DNA of 64,000 bases from Podospora anserina. Its lineage: Eukaryota. Positions 1 to 12,324 of the stretch are shown here, piece by piece. Location: assembly GCA_017654855.1 (NCBI GenBank), contig CM030336.1, positions 186,001 to 250,000 of the forward strand, written 5' to 3'. Numbering within the stretch: the stretch's first letter is position 1; each line of letters opens with the position of its first letter. Both the position numbers and the translations under genes were made by a program. Under the pieces are notes generated by a model. It saw only the letters and a list, made by a program, of their open reading frames with translations, made no database searches and was not told the DNA's origin.

Positions 1-1194
1 TACATCATGGTCAACCAGTGGACGACGGTGGGCAAGGCCTATGTTGACTTTTACCAGGGGCTGAGAAGGGGGAAAGGGAACTATGAAGGGGCGATGGATG
101 TCCATTCGAGACTGATGAGCCGGTACCCCGAGGTGCCAGACTGGTGGTTCATCTTCATTTTGGTGGCGGCCATTGTCGTGTCGGTGATTTTCTTGAGGAT
201 ATATCCACTGGAAACACCTGTGTGGCTTGTTTTCCTCATGATAGGCATCAACATCATCTTTGCCGTCCCGCTATCTCTGTTGTCGGCCACCACGGGGACC
301 AACCTGGGGCTTGGGAGTCTGATACAGGTGCTGACGGGGTATCTTCTGCCCGGGAACCCCAATGCTTTCTTGTTTGCGCAAACCTTGGGCAGCTGGGCGT
401 TGGCCGGTTACGGAGACAACTATGTGCAAGATCAAAAGATGGCCCATTATGTCAAGATCCCGCCGAGGGCCGTGTTTAGGAGCCAGATTGGGACGATCAT
501 CATCACCTGTTTTGTTGCGGTTTCGACCCAAAACTTCATCATGGAGAACGTGAAGGGCTTGTGCGAGCCGGACCAGCCGAGCAGGTTCACCTGTGCTGCT
601 GACGGTGCACCGCTGTATGCCAGCAGCTTGATGTGGGGATTGCTGGGCAGCGAGAGGATGTTTGGTGCCATGTATCCGATGTTCAAGTGGTGCTTCTTGA
701 TCGGGACGGGCATTGCGGTAGTGTTTCTGGTCGGGCAGGGATACGGGCCGAAATACCTGCCCGGCATCAAAGAAAGACTGCGGGGAAGACTGGGACCAAG
801 GACATTTGCGCAGCTTGACAGGACAATCTTTCCTTTCGTGGCCAGCCTGTTGTGGTTGAACCCCGTGTTGATCATCCACGGATTCCAACACTGGGCGCCG
901 TCCAATCTGAGCTACAAGACGCCCGGGTTCATCCTGAGTTGCATTTTCATGTACCTGCTGCCAAAATACCGGCTGGCATGGTGGGAAAAGTACAATTACG
1001 TGCTTTCTGCCTCGTTGACGGCAGGCGTCGCCATCAGCGCCCTCATCATGTTCTTTGCTGTGGGCTACCACCCCGTGAAGCTGGATTGGTGGGGGAATCG
1101 GGTCAGCCACGCCGGCATGGACGGGAAGAGTGTGGGGATCCTGCCGATTCCCGAGAAGGGGTACTTTGGACCGGAGCGGGGCCAGTTCCCGTAG
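1..1194 (+). CDS. OPT-family oligopeptide transporter, C-terminal part (5' end outside window)
   Basis: Open frame from base 1. OPT motifs DVHSRLMSRYPEVPDWWF, QDQKMAHYVKIPPRAVF, WWEKYNYVLSASLTAG, LDWWGN. Many hydrophobic helices. Confidence 0.95.
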   Translation, partial: YIMVNQWTTVGKAYVDFYQGLRRGKGNYEGAMDVHSRLMSRYPEVPDWWFIFILVAAIVVSVIFLRIYPLETPVWLVFLMIGINIIFAVPLSLLSATTGTNLGLGSLIQVLTGYLLPGNPNAFLFAQTLGSWALAGYGDNYVQDQKMAHYVKIPPRAVFRSQIGTIIITCFVAVSTQNFIMENVKGLCEPDQPSRFTCAADGAPLYASSLMWGLLGSERMFGAMYPMFKWCFLIGTGIAVVFLVGQGYGPKYLPGIKERLRGRLGPRTFAQLDRTIFPFVASLLWLNPVLIIHGFQHWAPSNLSYKTPGFILSCIFMYLLPKYRLAWWEKYNYVLSASLTAGVAISALIMFFAVGYHPVKLDWWGNRVSHAGMDGKSVGILPIPEKGYFGPERGQFP

Positions 1195-1504
1195 TGTAGT
1201 CTTTAGATCTGCTGATCTTGATGTTGAGAGTGAGGTTGTTGGCAAGAGTTGGCGAGGCCTCCAGTTGCGACAGTCCACATTTCAACCCGACATGGAATCC
1301 CGTACATAATGAGCCTGTAAGTAGTCGTGAGCTTCGCTTCAATTAGTAACATTGAGCGTATGGAACATCGCATCGGCCTTCCTCCAGTAATAAGAATAAG
1401 TGTGGTTGGGTCTGGGACCAGAGGGGCCAATGAGCACAGTCACCACGCGTCACCACCCGACAGACGGCTCGAGTGCCGGTGCGGGGCCGGTGATTGATAA
1501 CGGG

Positions 1505-1934
1505 CTTGGCGTCGTTCTTGACAGGAAGTGTTTGCTACGGGATAAATACCCAAGACTGATCCCATCATCAGCCAGTTGTTCATCAAATGGTATAGATGGG
1601 TTGCCTCTGGTGGATGACAACAGAGATTATAGAGAATCAGCCAGTGTCTTCTTTTTCGTCTTCAGGAGGCAAAAACAACACTGCCTGGGTGGTGGATACA
1701 GGAGATACCGGTTAGGTGCATACCGACGGAACAGGGACAGCAACTGATATGAAGCAACAAAGATAGCAGGTGACCAGTGACCAACAGGGTGCGTCCGGCG
1801 GTCGGCACCAGCTTCCATTCATTGAGCACAGCCACGAATGGTGCAGAGAATCACAAGGGCCAAGACGGTGCCCCACTCTCCGTGGTGATTCGGGAGTCTG
1901 TGATTGGGCTGCTCCCCCTTCTCCAGCCCTTGGC
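1505..1934. promoter_or_regulatory. Putative PacC (GCCARG) sites x3 and a Crz1/CrzA site upstream of the ENA ATPase
   Basis: CTTGGC at 1505 and 1929, GCCAAG at 1859, CACAGCCAC at 1827-1835. All lie 390-820 bp upstream of ATG 2323. Confidence 0.5.
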
Positions 1935-2004
1935 CGACGTTGTCCCAGCGGTCCCAAGCAGGTTCCAAGCGCTCGGCGTTAGCCTTGTTCCTCGTTGTTG
2001 GCGT

Positions 2005-2047
2005 GGCGTGGATGGCGTGGATGGCGTGGATGGCGTGGATGGCATGG
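2005..2047. repeat. 9-bp tandem repeat (GGCGTGGAT)x4 plus partial unit
   Basis: Read directly from the sequence. Confidence 0.95.
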
Positions 2048-2322
2048 GAAGAAGCGTGTTCCGTGGACCGTCACCGTCAGATCTGATCCCCCACTGCCCC
2101 TGGGGCAATGATCCATTGATCCCTTGCCTCGTGCTGCTTCTTGTTGAGAGAGATCCAGCAAGGGTGCAGTTGCATGTCTTGGAACGGACCGGCATCATTT
2201 GTCATAAACCCCATGCTCTTCGCCCCCTTCCCGACTTCCTTTTATCTTCTGGAATTCTTCTCTTCTTTCCCTTGTGCATTGTCACTTCGCTGGAACATCA
2301 ATCCAGAAATCACTTTTATTGA

Positions 2323-5300
2323 ATGGGGACAGAGAACGACCTTGACGTCGAGGGCCAGACGGAACCTCCTATACGTGGCCTAAAGAGTTCCAAAAACACT
2401 TCCGCTTCGGCGTCATCCCCCACCCTCGCCGGCACCGTCCGTACTGCCGGCACCGTCTCCGCTGACAGCACCCCGACTCTCCCGGGCTTCACCCCCGAGT
2501 CGGCTCATACCCTCACCGTCCCCGATGTCTCCTCTCTCCTCGAGACCGACAGCCAGTATGTGTAGTTCCTGTTGTCTTGTGCTTCCCCCTTTTTTCTCCT
2601 CTCTCAAGGCCACTAACCCATCCCCCCCAGAAATGGACTCGACAATACCGAGGCTGCCCGTCGCCTGCAGCAGTATGGCCCTAACAAGGTTGAGGGTGCT
2701 AAGGGGCTATCCCTGTGGACGATTCTCCTAAGACAGGTGTCCAATAGTTTGACACTTGTCCTCGTCATCACCATGATCCTCTCCTTTGCCATCGACGACC
2801 ACATCGAGGGCGGCGTCATTGCCGCCGTCATTCTGCTGAACATCGTCGTTGGCTTTGTCCAGGATTACCGTGCCGAGCAGACCATTCAGGCTCTGTATGC
2901 CTTGTCTGCGCCCACGTGCAAGGTTGTCCGGTCCGGCCAGACCGAGTCTATCAAGGCCGAGTTTCTGGTCCCCGGCGACCTTGTCCGCCTCGGCGTTGGA
3001 GATGTCGTCCCGGCAGATCTGCGCCTCGTAAGCAGCATCAACTTGTCCACCGATGAGGCACTGTTGACGGGCGAATCTCTCCCCGTCAGCAAGCATGCCG
3101 AGCTCATCCTCAAGGACCGTGATGTTCCTCTTGGTGACCGCACCAACATGGTGTACTCGGCCAGCACTGTCACCCGCGGCCGCGCCATGGGTCTAGTTAC
3201 TGCTACGGCCATGAACACAGAGGTCGGCAAGATTGCCGAGCTCCTTCGGACCACCAGGGGCAAGACTGTCGATGAGGACAGCAGCATGGTCAAGAAGATC
3301 TGGACGAAATTCCGGAACGGCTTGCGTATTATCCTCGGCCTCGACGGCACCCCTCTCCAGGTCACGCTGAGCAAGTTTGCTCTTCTCCTTTTCGGTCTGG
3401 CCATCATGCTGGCCATCATTGTCTTCTCTGTCAGCAAGTTCAACATCGACGATGAGGTCCTCATCTACGGAATCTGCGTGGCTGTTGCCGTCATTCCCGA
3501 ATCTCTCATTGCTGTGCTCACCATTGCCACGGCCCTCGGCACTCGTGCCATGGCCAAGGGCAATGTAGTGATTCGCAAGCTCGCCGCCCTCGAGGCCGTG
3601 GGCGGAGTGACCAACGTGTGCTCGGACAAAACTGGCACACTGACGCAGGGCAAGATGGTGGCCAAGAGCGTCTGGCTGGCTGACGGCACCGAGATCACCA
3701 TTCAAAACACCAACCACCCCTTTGACCCCACGAGCGGAGACGTTCGCGTGGGTGACGTTGACTGGGTCCTCTCCGAGAAGGAGAGGAAGACGCCCGCTCA
3801 GCTTACCTCATTCCTCGAGACAGTCGCCCTGTGCAACAACTCGGCCGTCACCAAGGCTGACGCCGCTGGCCCCTACACGGCCATCGGTGAGCCCACCGAG
3901 ATCGCGCTGCAGGTTCTTGCCATGAGATTCGACTCTGGCAAGCCTCAGCTCACGGCGGGGGGCAGCCACGGATTGTTGGCCGAGTACCCCTTCGACTCGT
4001 CGTGCAAGAGAATGACGGTCGTCTGCCGCGCCGACGGCTCAGACGACGCAGACAGTGCCTCTGCATACGCTTACACCAAGGGTGCCATCGAGGCCATCCT
4101 GCCTCTGATGAACGCCTCGGACGCGCTCAAGGCCGAGATTGTCACCAGAGCCGAGGCTTTGGCAGCACTAGGTCTCCGTGTTCTCTGCGTCGCTCGGAAA
4201 CCCGTCGACGCCTCGCTTTTCTCTGTCGAGCTCAAAGAGGGCTCGGAACAGAGCAACAACGGCCTCCCCGAGAGAAACACGGTCGAGTGCGACCTCGTCT
4301 TCTTGGGCCTGGCTGGTCTCTATGATCCTCCTCGTGTCGAGTCGGCTGCCGCGGTGGCCAAGTGCAAGGAAGCAGGCATCATGGTCCACATGCTTACTGG
4401 CGACCACGTCAAGACCGCCACCGCCATCGCCTACGAGATCGGCATCTTGTCTCGGGACCCTTCTGCGGCGGCTTCATCTCCCAACAGCATCATGGTTGCC
4501 AGCGCATTTGACGCCCTGACCGAAGCCGAAATCGATGCCATGCCTTCTTTGCCCCTGGTCCTTGCCAGATGCAGTCCTACCACCAAGGTCAGGATGGTGG
4601 AAGCCATGCATCGTCGCAAGGCCTTTTGTGTCATGACCGGTGATGGTGTCAACGACTCCCCCGCCCTCAAGATCAGTGATGTTGGCATTGCCATGGGTCT
4701 GAACGGCAGTGACGTGGCCAAGGAAGCGGCCGACATGGTTCTCACCGACGATAACTTTGCCAGTATCGTCACTGCCGTGGAGGAAGGCCGTCGTCTTTTT
4801 GACAATATTCAAAAGGTATTTCTCTCTGCTCATTCTCATCAATGGAAACATGCTGACGGTAGTAACCACAGTTCCTCCTCCATCTACTCATTTCCAACAT
4901 CGCCCAGGTCATCCTACTTCTCATCGGTCTCGCCTTCAAAGACAACAAGGGCGTCTCCGTCTTCCCCTTGTCGCCGCTGGAAATCCTCTGGGCCAACCTC
5001 GTCACGTCTTCCTTCTTGGCCCTCGGCCTCGGCCTGGAAGATGCCCAGCCGGATGTCATGCAGCGCCCGCCCCACGACCTGGCCGTCGGCATCTTCACCA
5101 AGGAGCTCATCATCGACAAGTTCGTCTACGGCACCGCCATGGGCGGGCTCTGTCTCGCAGCCTTCACCTCGGTGGCCTACGGCGTCTCTGGCCCCGACGG
5201 TCTGGGCGAGCTGTGCAACTCGGACTACTCGCCCGCTTGCGACCTTGCCTTTAGAGCCAGAGCCACCACCTTTGCCACCTTGACGTTCCTGCTGCTGGTC

Positions 5301-5633
5301 ACTGCTTGGGAGTCGAAGCACTTCACCCGATCGCTCTTCAACATGCACCCAGAAAAGTATTCCGGTGCGTTGTCGGTGTTCAAGACCATCTGGCAGAACA
5401 AGTTCCTGTTCGGAGCCGTGTCCGCTGGCTTCGTCATTTGCTTCCCGCTCGTCTACCTCCCCGTCGTGAACCGGACCGTGTTCAAGCACGAGGCCATCAC
5501 TTGGGAGTGGGGCATCGTGGCTGCTTGTGTGGCGGCCTACATCTTGATTGTTGAGGCGTGGAAGGCTGGAAAGAGGAGGAGATTGGCGGGGGTGCGGAAC
5601 AAGAAGGCCGTGGTTGGGGTTGAGGCTGCCTGA
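2323..5633 (+). CDS. ENA1: P-type IID Na+/K+ efflux ATPase (ENA family); introns 2556-2630 and 4816-4871
   Basis: DKTGTLT phosphorylation motif, TGES, TGDGVND, GLYDPPR, AVIPESL. Both introns have GT/CTRAC/AG and restore the frame (NGLDNTEAARRLQQYGPN; DNIQK|FLLHLLISN). Confidence 0.93.
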
Positions 5634-6284
5634 GGTGGCTTATTGTTGGTTGGGGGTATATGGCCGCTGATGCTGTATACCTATGCACGTTGAAGGATGT
5701 TGGGTAACACGGGATGATTTACGAAATGTTGGTTGGATGACGATCATGACGGGAAAAATCTCACGAGGCCTCTCCCGGTAACCAGTCCGGAGATACGTAT
5801 CTGAGTGTGTTTGTGGCTTTTGGGCTGTGTTTGGGATCACCTCTTGTTGAGTTTGCAGCCAGAGGCTTGAATGAGGTGTGGCGATAGTTTTTGTCTATTT
5901 TTTCTTCCATTTTTTTCTTCTTCAGAATCTGGTCTTTTTACATAGCCATGACCGCCTAACTCGGACACACTCTTTGCCTGACGCATTGTCAGAGCGTATT
6001 TGCGTCTTGTCTGCCTGCATACCCATCACACGCTGTGTGACCAAGAATCTCCAATAGCAATTACACGCTCAATTCAAAAGATCTACTAGCAGTACACTAC
6101 CCGTATCTACGGTAGGTAGAGATCGACCACTCAAATCCCAGCACAGAAACTCCCAAACAAATACAAGGTGGTATAGAACAATGAAAACAGCAATTCACTC
6201 CGGAATTTTTGATGCTCACTTGACAGTCCCAGCCCCATGGTGTTCAACCATTGACATCCAACAAACCAGCCTGCAAACACAGCG

Positions 6285-7772
6285 CTAACCCCTCCGTCCA
6301 TACACGACCCAGAAATTCCAATAAGCGTGCAACCTCCTATCCCTCAAATCTTTTCTGACCGAGGCCATAAAGATCCTCACCTCATCCGCCGACCATCTAA
6401 GCACCCTGGTAAACAGAGCCAAGCTCATGCTCTCACACCCCCAGCTGAAATTCTCGTGGGCCCACTTCCCCAGCTCCTTGTGCTTTGGATCTCTAGGCCA
6501 TGTGTTGATCGGCCATTTGACCTGCCTGGCCACGATGTCCACGTACCCTGCCTCGGCCATCATGTCCGGCACTCTGTTGATGGCGTCCAGGGGAAACCCA
6601 GCTTTGTTGGCGGCATCGTGCATCAGCTCGTGCCACTTCGCCAGGGGTGAGTCGGGAGGGAGGGTGCCGTCGTCACAGCGGATGAAGAAGTCGATGTCGT
6701 GAACCTCGGTGTAGCTGTTGGGGCCGGCAAGGAACTCGCGAGACTGGCGGAAGAATTTGGGCCAGTCCTGGAAGGCGCCGATCATGAGCTGGCAGTGGAT
6801 GTAGTCGAAGCGCTGGGTGAAGTTCCACGGTTGCTCGAGGTCGTCGACTTCAAAGATGAGGTTTGGGGGGACGCACTGAGGCTGCACCGGAGCAAGGTCA
6901 ACGCCGAGCACCTCTGCTTCGGGATGCTCATCAGCTAAACATGGTGTCAGTACACTCAGTACACTGGTGTGCTCCGTAACGCAACATGAAGAAACGCACC
7001 GAACTCTATCGCCCAGATGCCTGTGCCACATCCCACATCCAGGGCCCGTTGAATGTTTTGAATAGGGGCAGTGCTGTGCTGCTTGTCCAGGGTGAGCCAG
7101 ACCAAGTGACATTGGAAGTCTGTCGCAGCTGGGTTAGCCAACAGTGCCTGGTTTGCGGCCTGATGATGTTCATACCCAATCGTTCTAGCTCTTGCTAGAT
7201 GTGTGAGATCACAGTCAGCTATGGTGTTTGCTTGTTTGAGACATGTTGGTTGGTGACGGCGAAATCCTACCTCGTCCATTGGAAGGACATATTCTGAATT
7301 TGGTTAGCTGAACGATCAAGACGGTTCGGATGCACGTCACACTCACTCGCTTCCAGGTAACCCTGGTATTGCCTGCCATGTTCCTTAACCTGCAGGATCA
7401 ATTCGTCGCGAAGAGAAGTGGTGGATGAGTGAAGACTGGCAATGGCGGAATCTCCGTCATCAAAAACGGAGTCAACCTCATCTGAGTCCTGTGCAGTTGG
7501 TTGCGTCAGCATCCCGTAACCCCCCCCCCCCGAGCGCCTGATGGGATTACATCTGGTTGGAGCTCCTCTGCCTCGGCAATGGTGACAACGGCGGCGGCGG
7601 CGGCGGTGCTCACGGGCGCATCGTCCCGAGCCGGTGGGAAGGTGGTTGCCGTTGGGCTCGAAGCCGATGATGGCTCTTTTGCGGGACTGGTCGGGGCGGC
7701 GTCGGCAGGTGTGGCGGGGTTTGTGTCGGGGGCCGTTGCTGTTAGCTTGTTGTTCTCCGCATCGTTGGCCAT
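6285..7772 (-). CDS. LaeA-like class I SAM-dependent methyltransferase, 5 introns including two micro-exons
   Basis: Spliced product has HGRQYQGYL..KYVLPMDEQELERLDFQ, LDVGCGTGIW (SAM motif I), GVDLAPVQP, FEVDDLE, WPINTWP, VVYGRR. Ala/Pro-rich N-terminus from ATG 7772. Confidence 0.9.
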
Positions 7773-8495
7773 TTTACTGTTGAAGTTGTACAAGGGTGTC
7801 CCCACCAGGCACGCAACACGCAGAAATACGATGGAGATGGTGGGAAAGCTGGAGCTTGAAGTCGGGAAGATCACAGAGAAGAGCAGCTCCGGCAGCGGGA
7901 AAAAAAGCCAGGCGTGTTTGATGGCCAGGCGTGTGTCCCGAGACACTTTTTCGCCTCCAGGACGGGCTGCTCGGACGGGCGACGCTTGTCTTGAAGCGGG
8001 AAGGGAACAGTGGGGAGGGAAGGACCCGAGGGTCAGGATTGATCAATAGCGGGGGGGTTTAGCGACTGGTACCCACTGGTAGCGTGCTGCAGGCGTGTGT
8101 CTCGCTGTCGGGTGGAGATACACAAAGGTCATGAACCAACTGCCCGGTGCAGTCTGCCCGTCCCAATGTCCGAATGGGGACAAGAGCCGCCAACAGCATC
8201 CCCGGGCCCTGTCTGTGCTCCGTGCCCAGCGGTGAGGATGGGGCCCAGATGGAGACGCACATTCCATGGAAGAGGGAGAGATAGAGGGGGAGGGGGAGGT
8301 GTGTGTTGGTGATTAGGTAGGAGGTGTTGTTGGTGGTGGACTGAGGGTAAGTATTGCTGATGTGCATCTGCATTCATTCACCCATTCCCTCATTCCATCC
8401 ATCTTATTAATTACTCTACCTACCTTCATACCTACCTTACCTGCTCCCATTCCCAAATCCCGTTCCCCGGGTAAAATTAATAACTCGGCCTGCCT

Positions 8496-8525
8496 TGCCC
8501 TGCCCTGCCCTGCCCTGCCCTGCCC
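8496..8525. repeat. (TGCCC)6 microsatellite in the P450 5' region
   Basis: Read directly from the sequence. Confidence 0.95.
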
Positions 8526-8613
8526 GCCAACCACCTGGTCCTTGTACTCCTCAACGCATTTCGTTCAACAGAGCTGGAAACAGACGGCCCAGCCCACCTA
8601 CCCAGCAGTACCT

Positions 8614-10497
8614 ATGGCTCTCACCGACCACCCCGCAGCAGCGCTAATAGCACGCGCTCTCGAGGCCACTGGAGCAACTGCCGCGACTGTCTTTGTCGCT
8701 GTGGTGGCGCTGTTCGTCCTACCCACCATCATCCAGTGGTACCGTCTCTCACATGTTCCCGGGCCCAAGCTGGCCGCCATCTCCAAGTACTGGCAAGTCC
8801 GCGAGTCTATCAAGGGGACGCTCCCTCAGGTGCTCAAAGAGCTCAACGACAAACACGGTGCGTTGCAACCGTCTCACCACCTTACCAACCACAACCTGGA
8901 AGCACTTGCTGATCATCCTCACCATCACCTACAGGCCCGCTCGTGCGTATCGGGCCCAATGACCTCGTCACCAGTGACCCCGATGTGTTGCGCAAGATGA
9001 TGGCCGTCAGGTCGCCTTACACCAGAGGACCGTGTAAGACTTCACCCAGCTCTTCTTCTCCCGCGGCTCAGACAGAAACGAACTGACCCATTTGCTTTTT
9101 GTGATGCACGCCAGGGTACGAAGCTTGGCGCTTGAATCCCACGAGAGACAATCTGTTTTCTATGCGCGATGAGGTCGGCCATACGGCCTTGCGCAACAAG
9201 ATGGTTGCCGGTGTATGTCCCGTCTGGTGTTGCCCGTGAGATCCCCTACGATCCGATGCTGACGGTGCGGTTGGGTAGTACTCGGGCAAGGAAAATCTGT
9301 CCATGGAAAGTACCATCGAGACTGAGATTGCTCGTCTGATCGACCTCATTGAGAGAAAGTACATCTCCACCCCCAAAGACTATCGCCCCATGGACTTTGG
9401 TGAAAAGGCCCAGTATTTTACTCTCGATGTCATCAGCGACCTGGCCTTTGGCGAGCCCCTGGGCTATCTCGAAAAGGATGAGGATGTTTACGATTACATC
9501 AAGATCACCACGGCATCTATCCCGGCCATGTTGACCCTCGGAAGTATTCCTACACTGGCCAACATTATCCAGTCTCGCTTTCTTCGATGGCTGTTGCCCA
9601 AAGAGACCGACAAGATTGGCTTTGGTGCCTTTATCGGTGTGACCAACCATGCCGTGGCTGCTCGCTTCGCCCCGAATGCCGTCCCTCAGCAAGACATGCT
9701 TGGTTCTTTTATTCGGCACGGTTTGAACCTCGAAGAGGCCCAGGGCGAGGCCGTCTTGCAGATTGTGGCCGGGTCCGACACCTCTGCCTCCACCATCCGC
9801 GCTTTCATGCTCAACATTTGTACCCATCCACCGGTTTACCAGAAGCTCCAGCAAGAAATCGACGAGGCCGTTGCCCAGGGGATCATTTCCTCTCCCATCA
9901 AAGATGCCGAAGCGCGGCAGCTTCCTTACCTCCAGGCGGTCATCAGAGAGGCCATCCGTATTCTCCCTCCTGCTGGTGGTGCCTTTTTCAAGCAGGTCCC
10001 TCCTGGTGGCGATGTCATCTGCGGCAAGTTTATCCCTGGCGGAACCCAAATAGGGTCTTCCCCGCTTGCCATTCACCACAGCAAGAATACATTTGGCGAG
10101 GATGCCGAAACATTTAGGCCGGAAAGGTGGTTGGAAGCGGATGAGGATCAGTTGGAAAAAATGAAGGCTACCGCAGATTTGGTCTTTCATTATGGAAAAT
10201 GGCAGTGTCCTGGCAAGACTGTGGCGCTGATGGAGTTCAACAAGATTTTTGTCGAGGTACGTGCTTTCTCAAAGGTTGGCCCATCCAAGATGGCCCGATG
10301 CTAACGTCAACTCAACAGTTGCTGAGACGATATGAGTGGTCCGTCATCAATCCCTTCAATGCTGCCAGAGTTAACAACGCCGTATGTTTTCCCTGCCACC
10401 AAATAACTAGATCGCTTCCCTGAGAGCTGACAAAATTTGACAGGGCGTATGGATGTTTGACGATTTTTGGGTGCGTGTAACTCGACGCGGGCAGTAG
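8614..10497 (+). CDS. Cytochrome P450 (pisatin-demethylase-like type), multi-exon
   Basis: N-terminal TM anchor, LSHVPGP, I-helix AGSDTS, EAIR (ExxR), FRPERW, heme motif FHYGKWQCPG. The last exon GVWMFDDFWVRVTRRGQ ends at TAG 10495-10497. Confidence 0.93.
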
Positions 10498-10642
10498 TGG
10501 CTCATATGTTCAACTGTATTTGAATAGCGAGGCGATAATTGCGAGTTGAAATCGAATTGATAAAACTGACAATGACTACGCGTTCGACTAAGGTAACACT
10601 GAGGTGAGATGTTAACTTCCAAGAAAGGACCAAGCTCCTGAC

Positions 10643-11901
10643 TTATAGCTCAGGGGTGTCCTGATAGAGCTGCTCATCGGCTGCAAGTCCATCAAAAAAG
10701 CCCGGAGAAATACGGTCCCCGCTGACGTCGGCGTTGTCGATGGTGGCCCTGATCTTCTTGACGTCCTCGTCCGAGAGCGTCACATTACAGGACGCCACGT
10801 TTTCTTCCAGATACTTGACCTTTTTGGTCCCCGGGATAGGGATGATGTCGGACCCCTGCGCCATGAGCCACGCCAGTGCCAGTTGGCCAGTAGTACAGCC
10901 TATCTCCGCGGTCAGCCGTCCTTCTCTATAGGGCGAATCAAATGAGAACGGGGAACCTACCCTTCCTCTTTGCAATCTCGCCCAGTTTCTCGACGACCTC
11001 AAGGTTCTTGGGAAAGTTCTCGGGGCTGAACCTCGGAACCAGCCGGCGGAAATCATCCGCGGCGAAATCATCGACAGACTTGATCTGGCCCGTGAGGAAA
11101 CCCCTGCCCAGCGGCGAGTAAGCAAAGACCGTCACACCCAGCTCACGACACGTGTCCAGCAGATGAGTCCCGGTCTCGTTCTCAATATCAAGCTGCCAGG
11201 GGTTGTATTCCACCTGAACAGCGTCGATCTGAACAATCTTGGAAGCCCGGCGGAGGGTGTTGGACGAGCATTCTGATATCCCGATTGCCCTGATCTTTCC
11301 TTGTCTATTTCCCTTTATCAGTACTTGCTTCGGAGATGTCGGGCGTGGGTGGAAAGCGGATGGCTTACTCCTTCAACTCCTTCAACGCCTGCGCTGTCTT
11401 CTCGATGGGCGTCTTCCCATCCGTGCGGTGAATGTAATACAAGTCAAGGTACTCCACGCCGAGCCTCTTCAGGCTCTTCTCGATGGACTGTCGGGCGTAC
11501 TCGGGGGTGGAATCAATCACAAACTTGAACTCCCCTTTCTCATTGGTCCGGCCGCCGAGGGCGAACTTGGAGGCGAGGAAAATGTCCTCGCGGCGCTCGG
11601 GGTGGAGGGAAAACCACTTGCCGAGGAGTTCTTCGCAGTCTCCGTACACGTCGGCCGTGTCCCAGTTTGTACAGCCGATGGACCAAGCATGGTCGAGGAA
11701 GGCAAGGCGAGATGATTCGTCTCTTCAGTGATGAGGTTGTCAAGTCAGAGTCAAGGAGGTGATAAGGGGGTGCGTAAGGTATTTAGGATCTCACCCTGGG
11801 TTGCCATAGGCGATGCTCAGGCCCATCAAGCCGAGTCCGATGGCTGGAATCTCAGGGCCGTTGCGGCCCAGTTTGCGAGTAGGAATGGTAACTGAAGACA
11901 T
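10643..11901 (-). CDS. Aldo-keto reductase (YakC/AKR13-like), multi-exon
   Basis: MSSVTIPTRKLGRNGPEIPAIGLGLMG, catalytic DTADVY, LASKF, LYYIHR, AYSPLGRG, IPIPGTKK. Confidence 0.93.
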
Positions 11902-12324
11902 GGTGTTTCAGGAAGTGCTTGTATGCCTAAGATTGGTGATTGAGGGTTTTGAAGACTGTGGTGCAGAAAAAGGTAGGTGTTGATTGCAGATCTTCTGGTC
12001 CTTATATACCTCCAACACCCATCCACAGCCACCGAAGTCGAGGTTATGAGCTAGACCAAATCCATACTGGGCTTCCAATGAAGTCCTTCCCGTTATAGGT
12101 TCATTGCATCATACATGGGCTCGACCCGGAGTTTAGAACAATTTTGCTTACAAAATAGTGCATCCTCATAGCCCCATATATTGGATTATTTTGGCCACTG
12201 TCGCCGGAGTTTGGCGGCCGCGAATTTTGTGGGCGGGATTTAACGCCGATGCTGCGGGCCACGAAAGGTGGTAGCTGTACCCGGGTTAATGCCGTCTTCT
12301 TCATGATTCTATGCCAAAGTACTA

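Noticed and set aside
271-1278. 335-aa minus-strand ORF
   Set aside because: Antisense shadow of the OPT gene, with no motif of its own.
1777-2322. 181-aa ORF with VDG repeats upstream of ENA
   Set aside because: Non-ATG start. The repeats come from a 9-bp DNA tandem repeat in a promoter region.
9246-10190. 314-aa minus-strand ORF
   Set aside because: Antisense to the P450 main exon.
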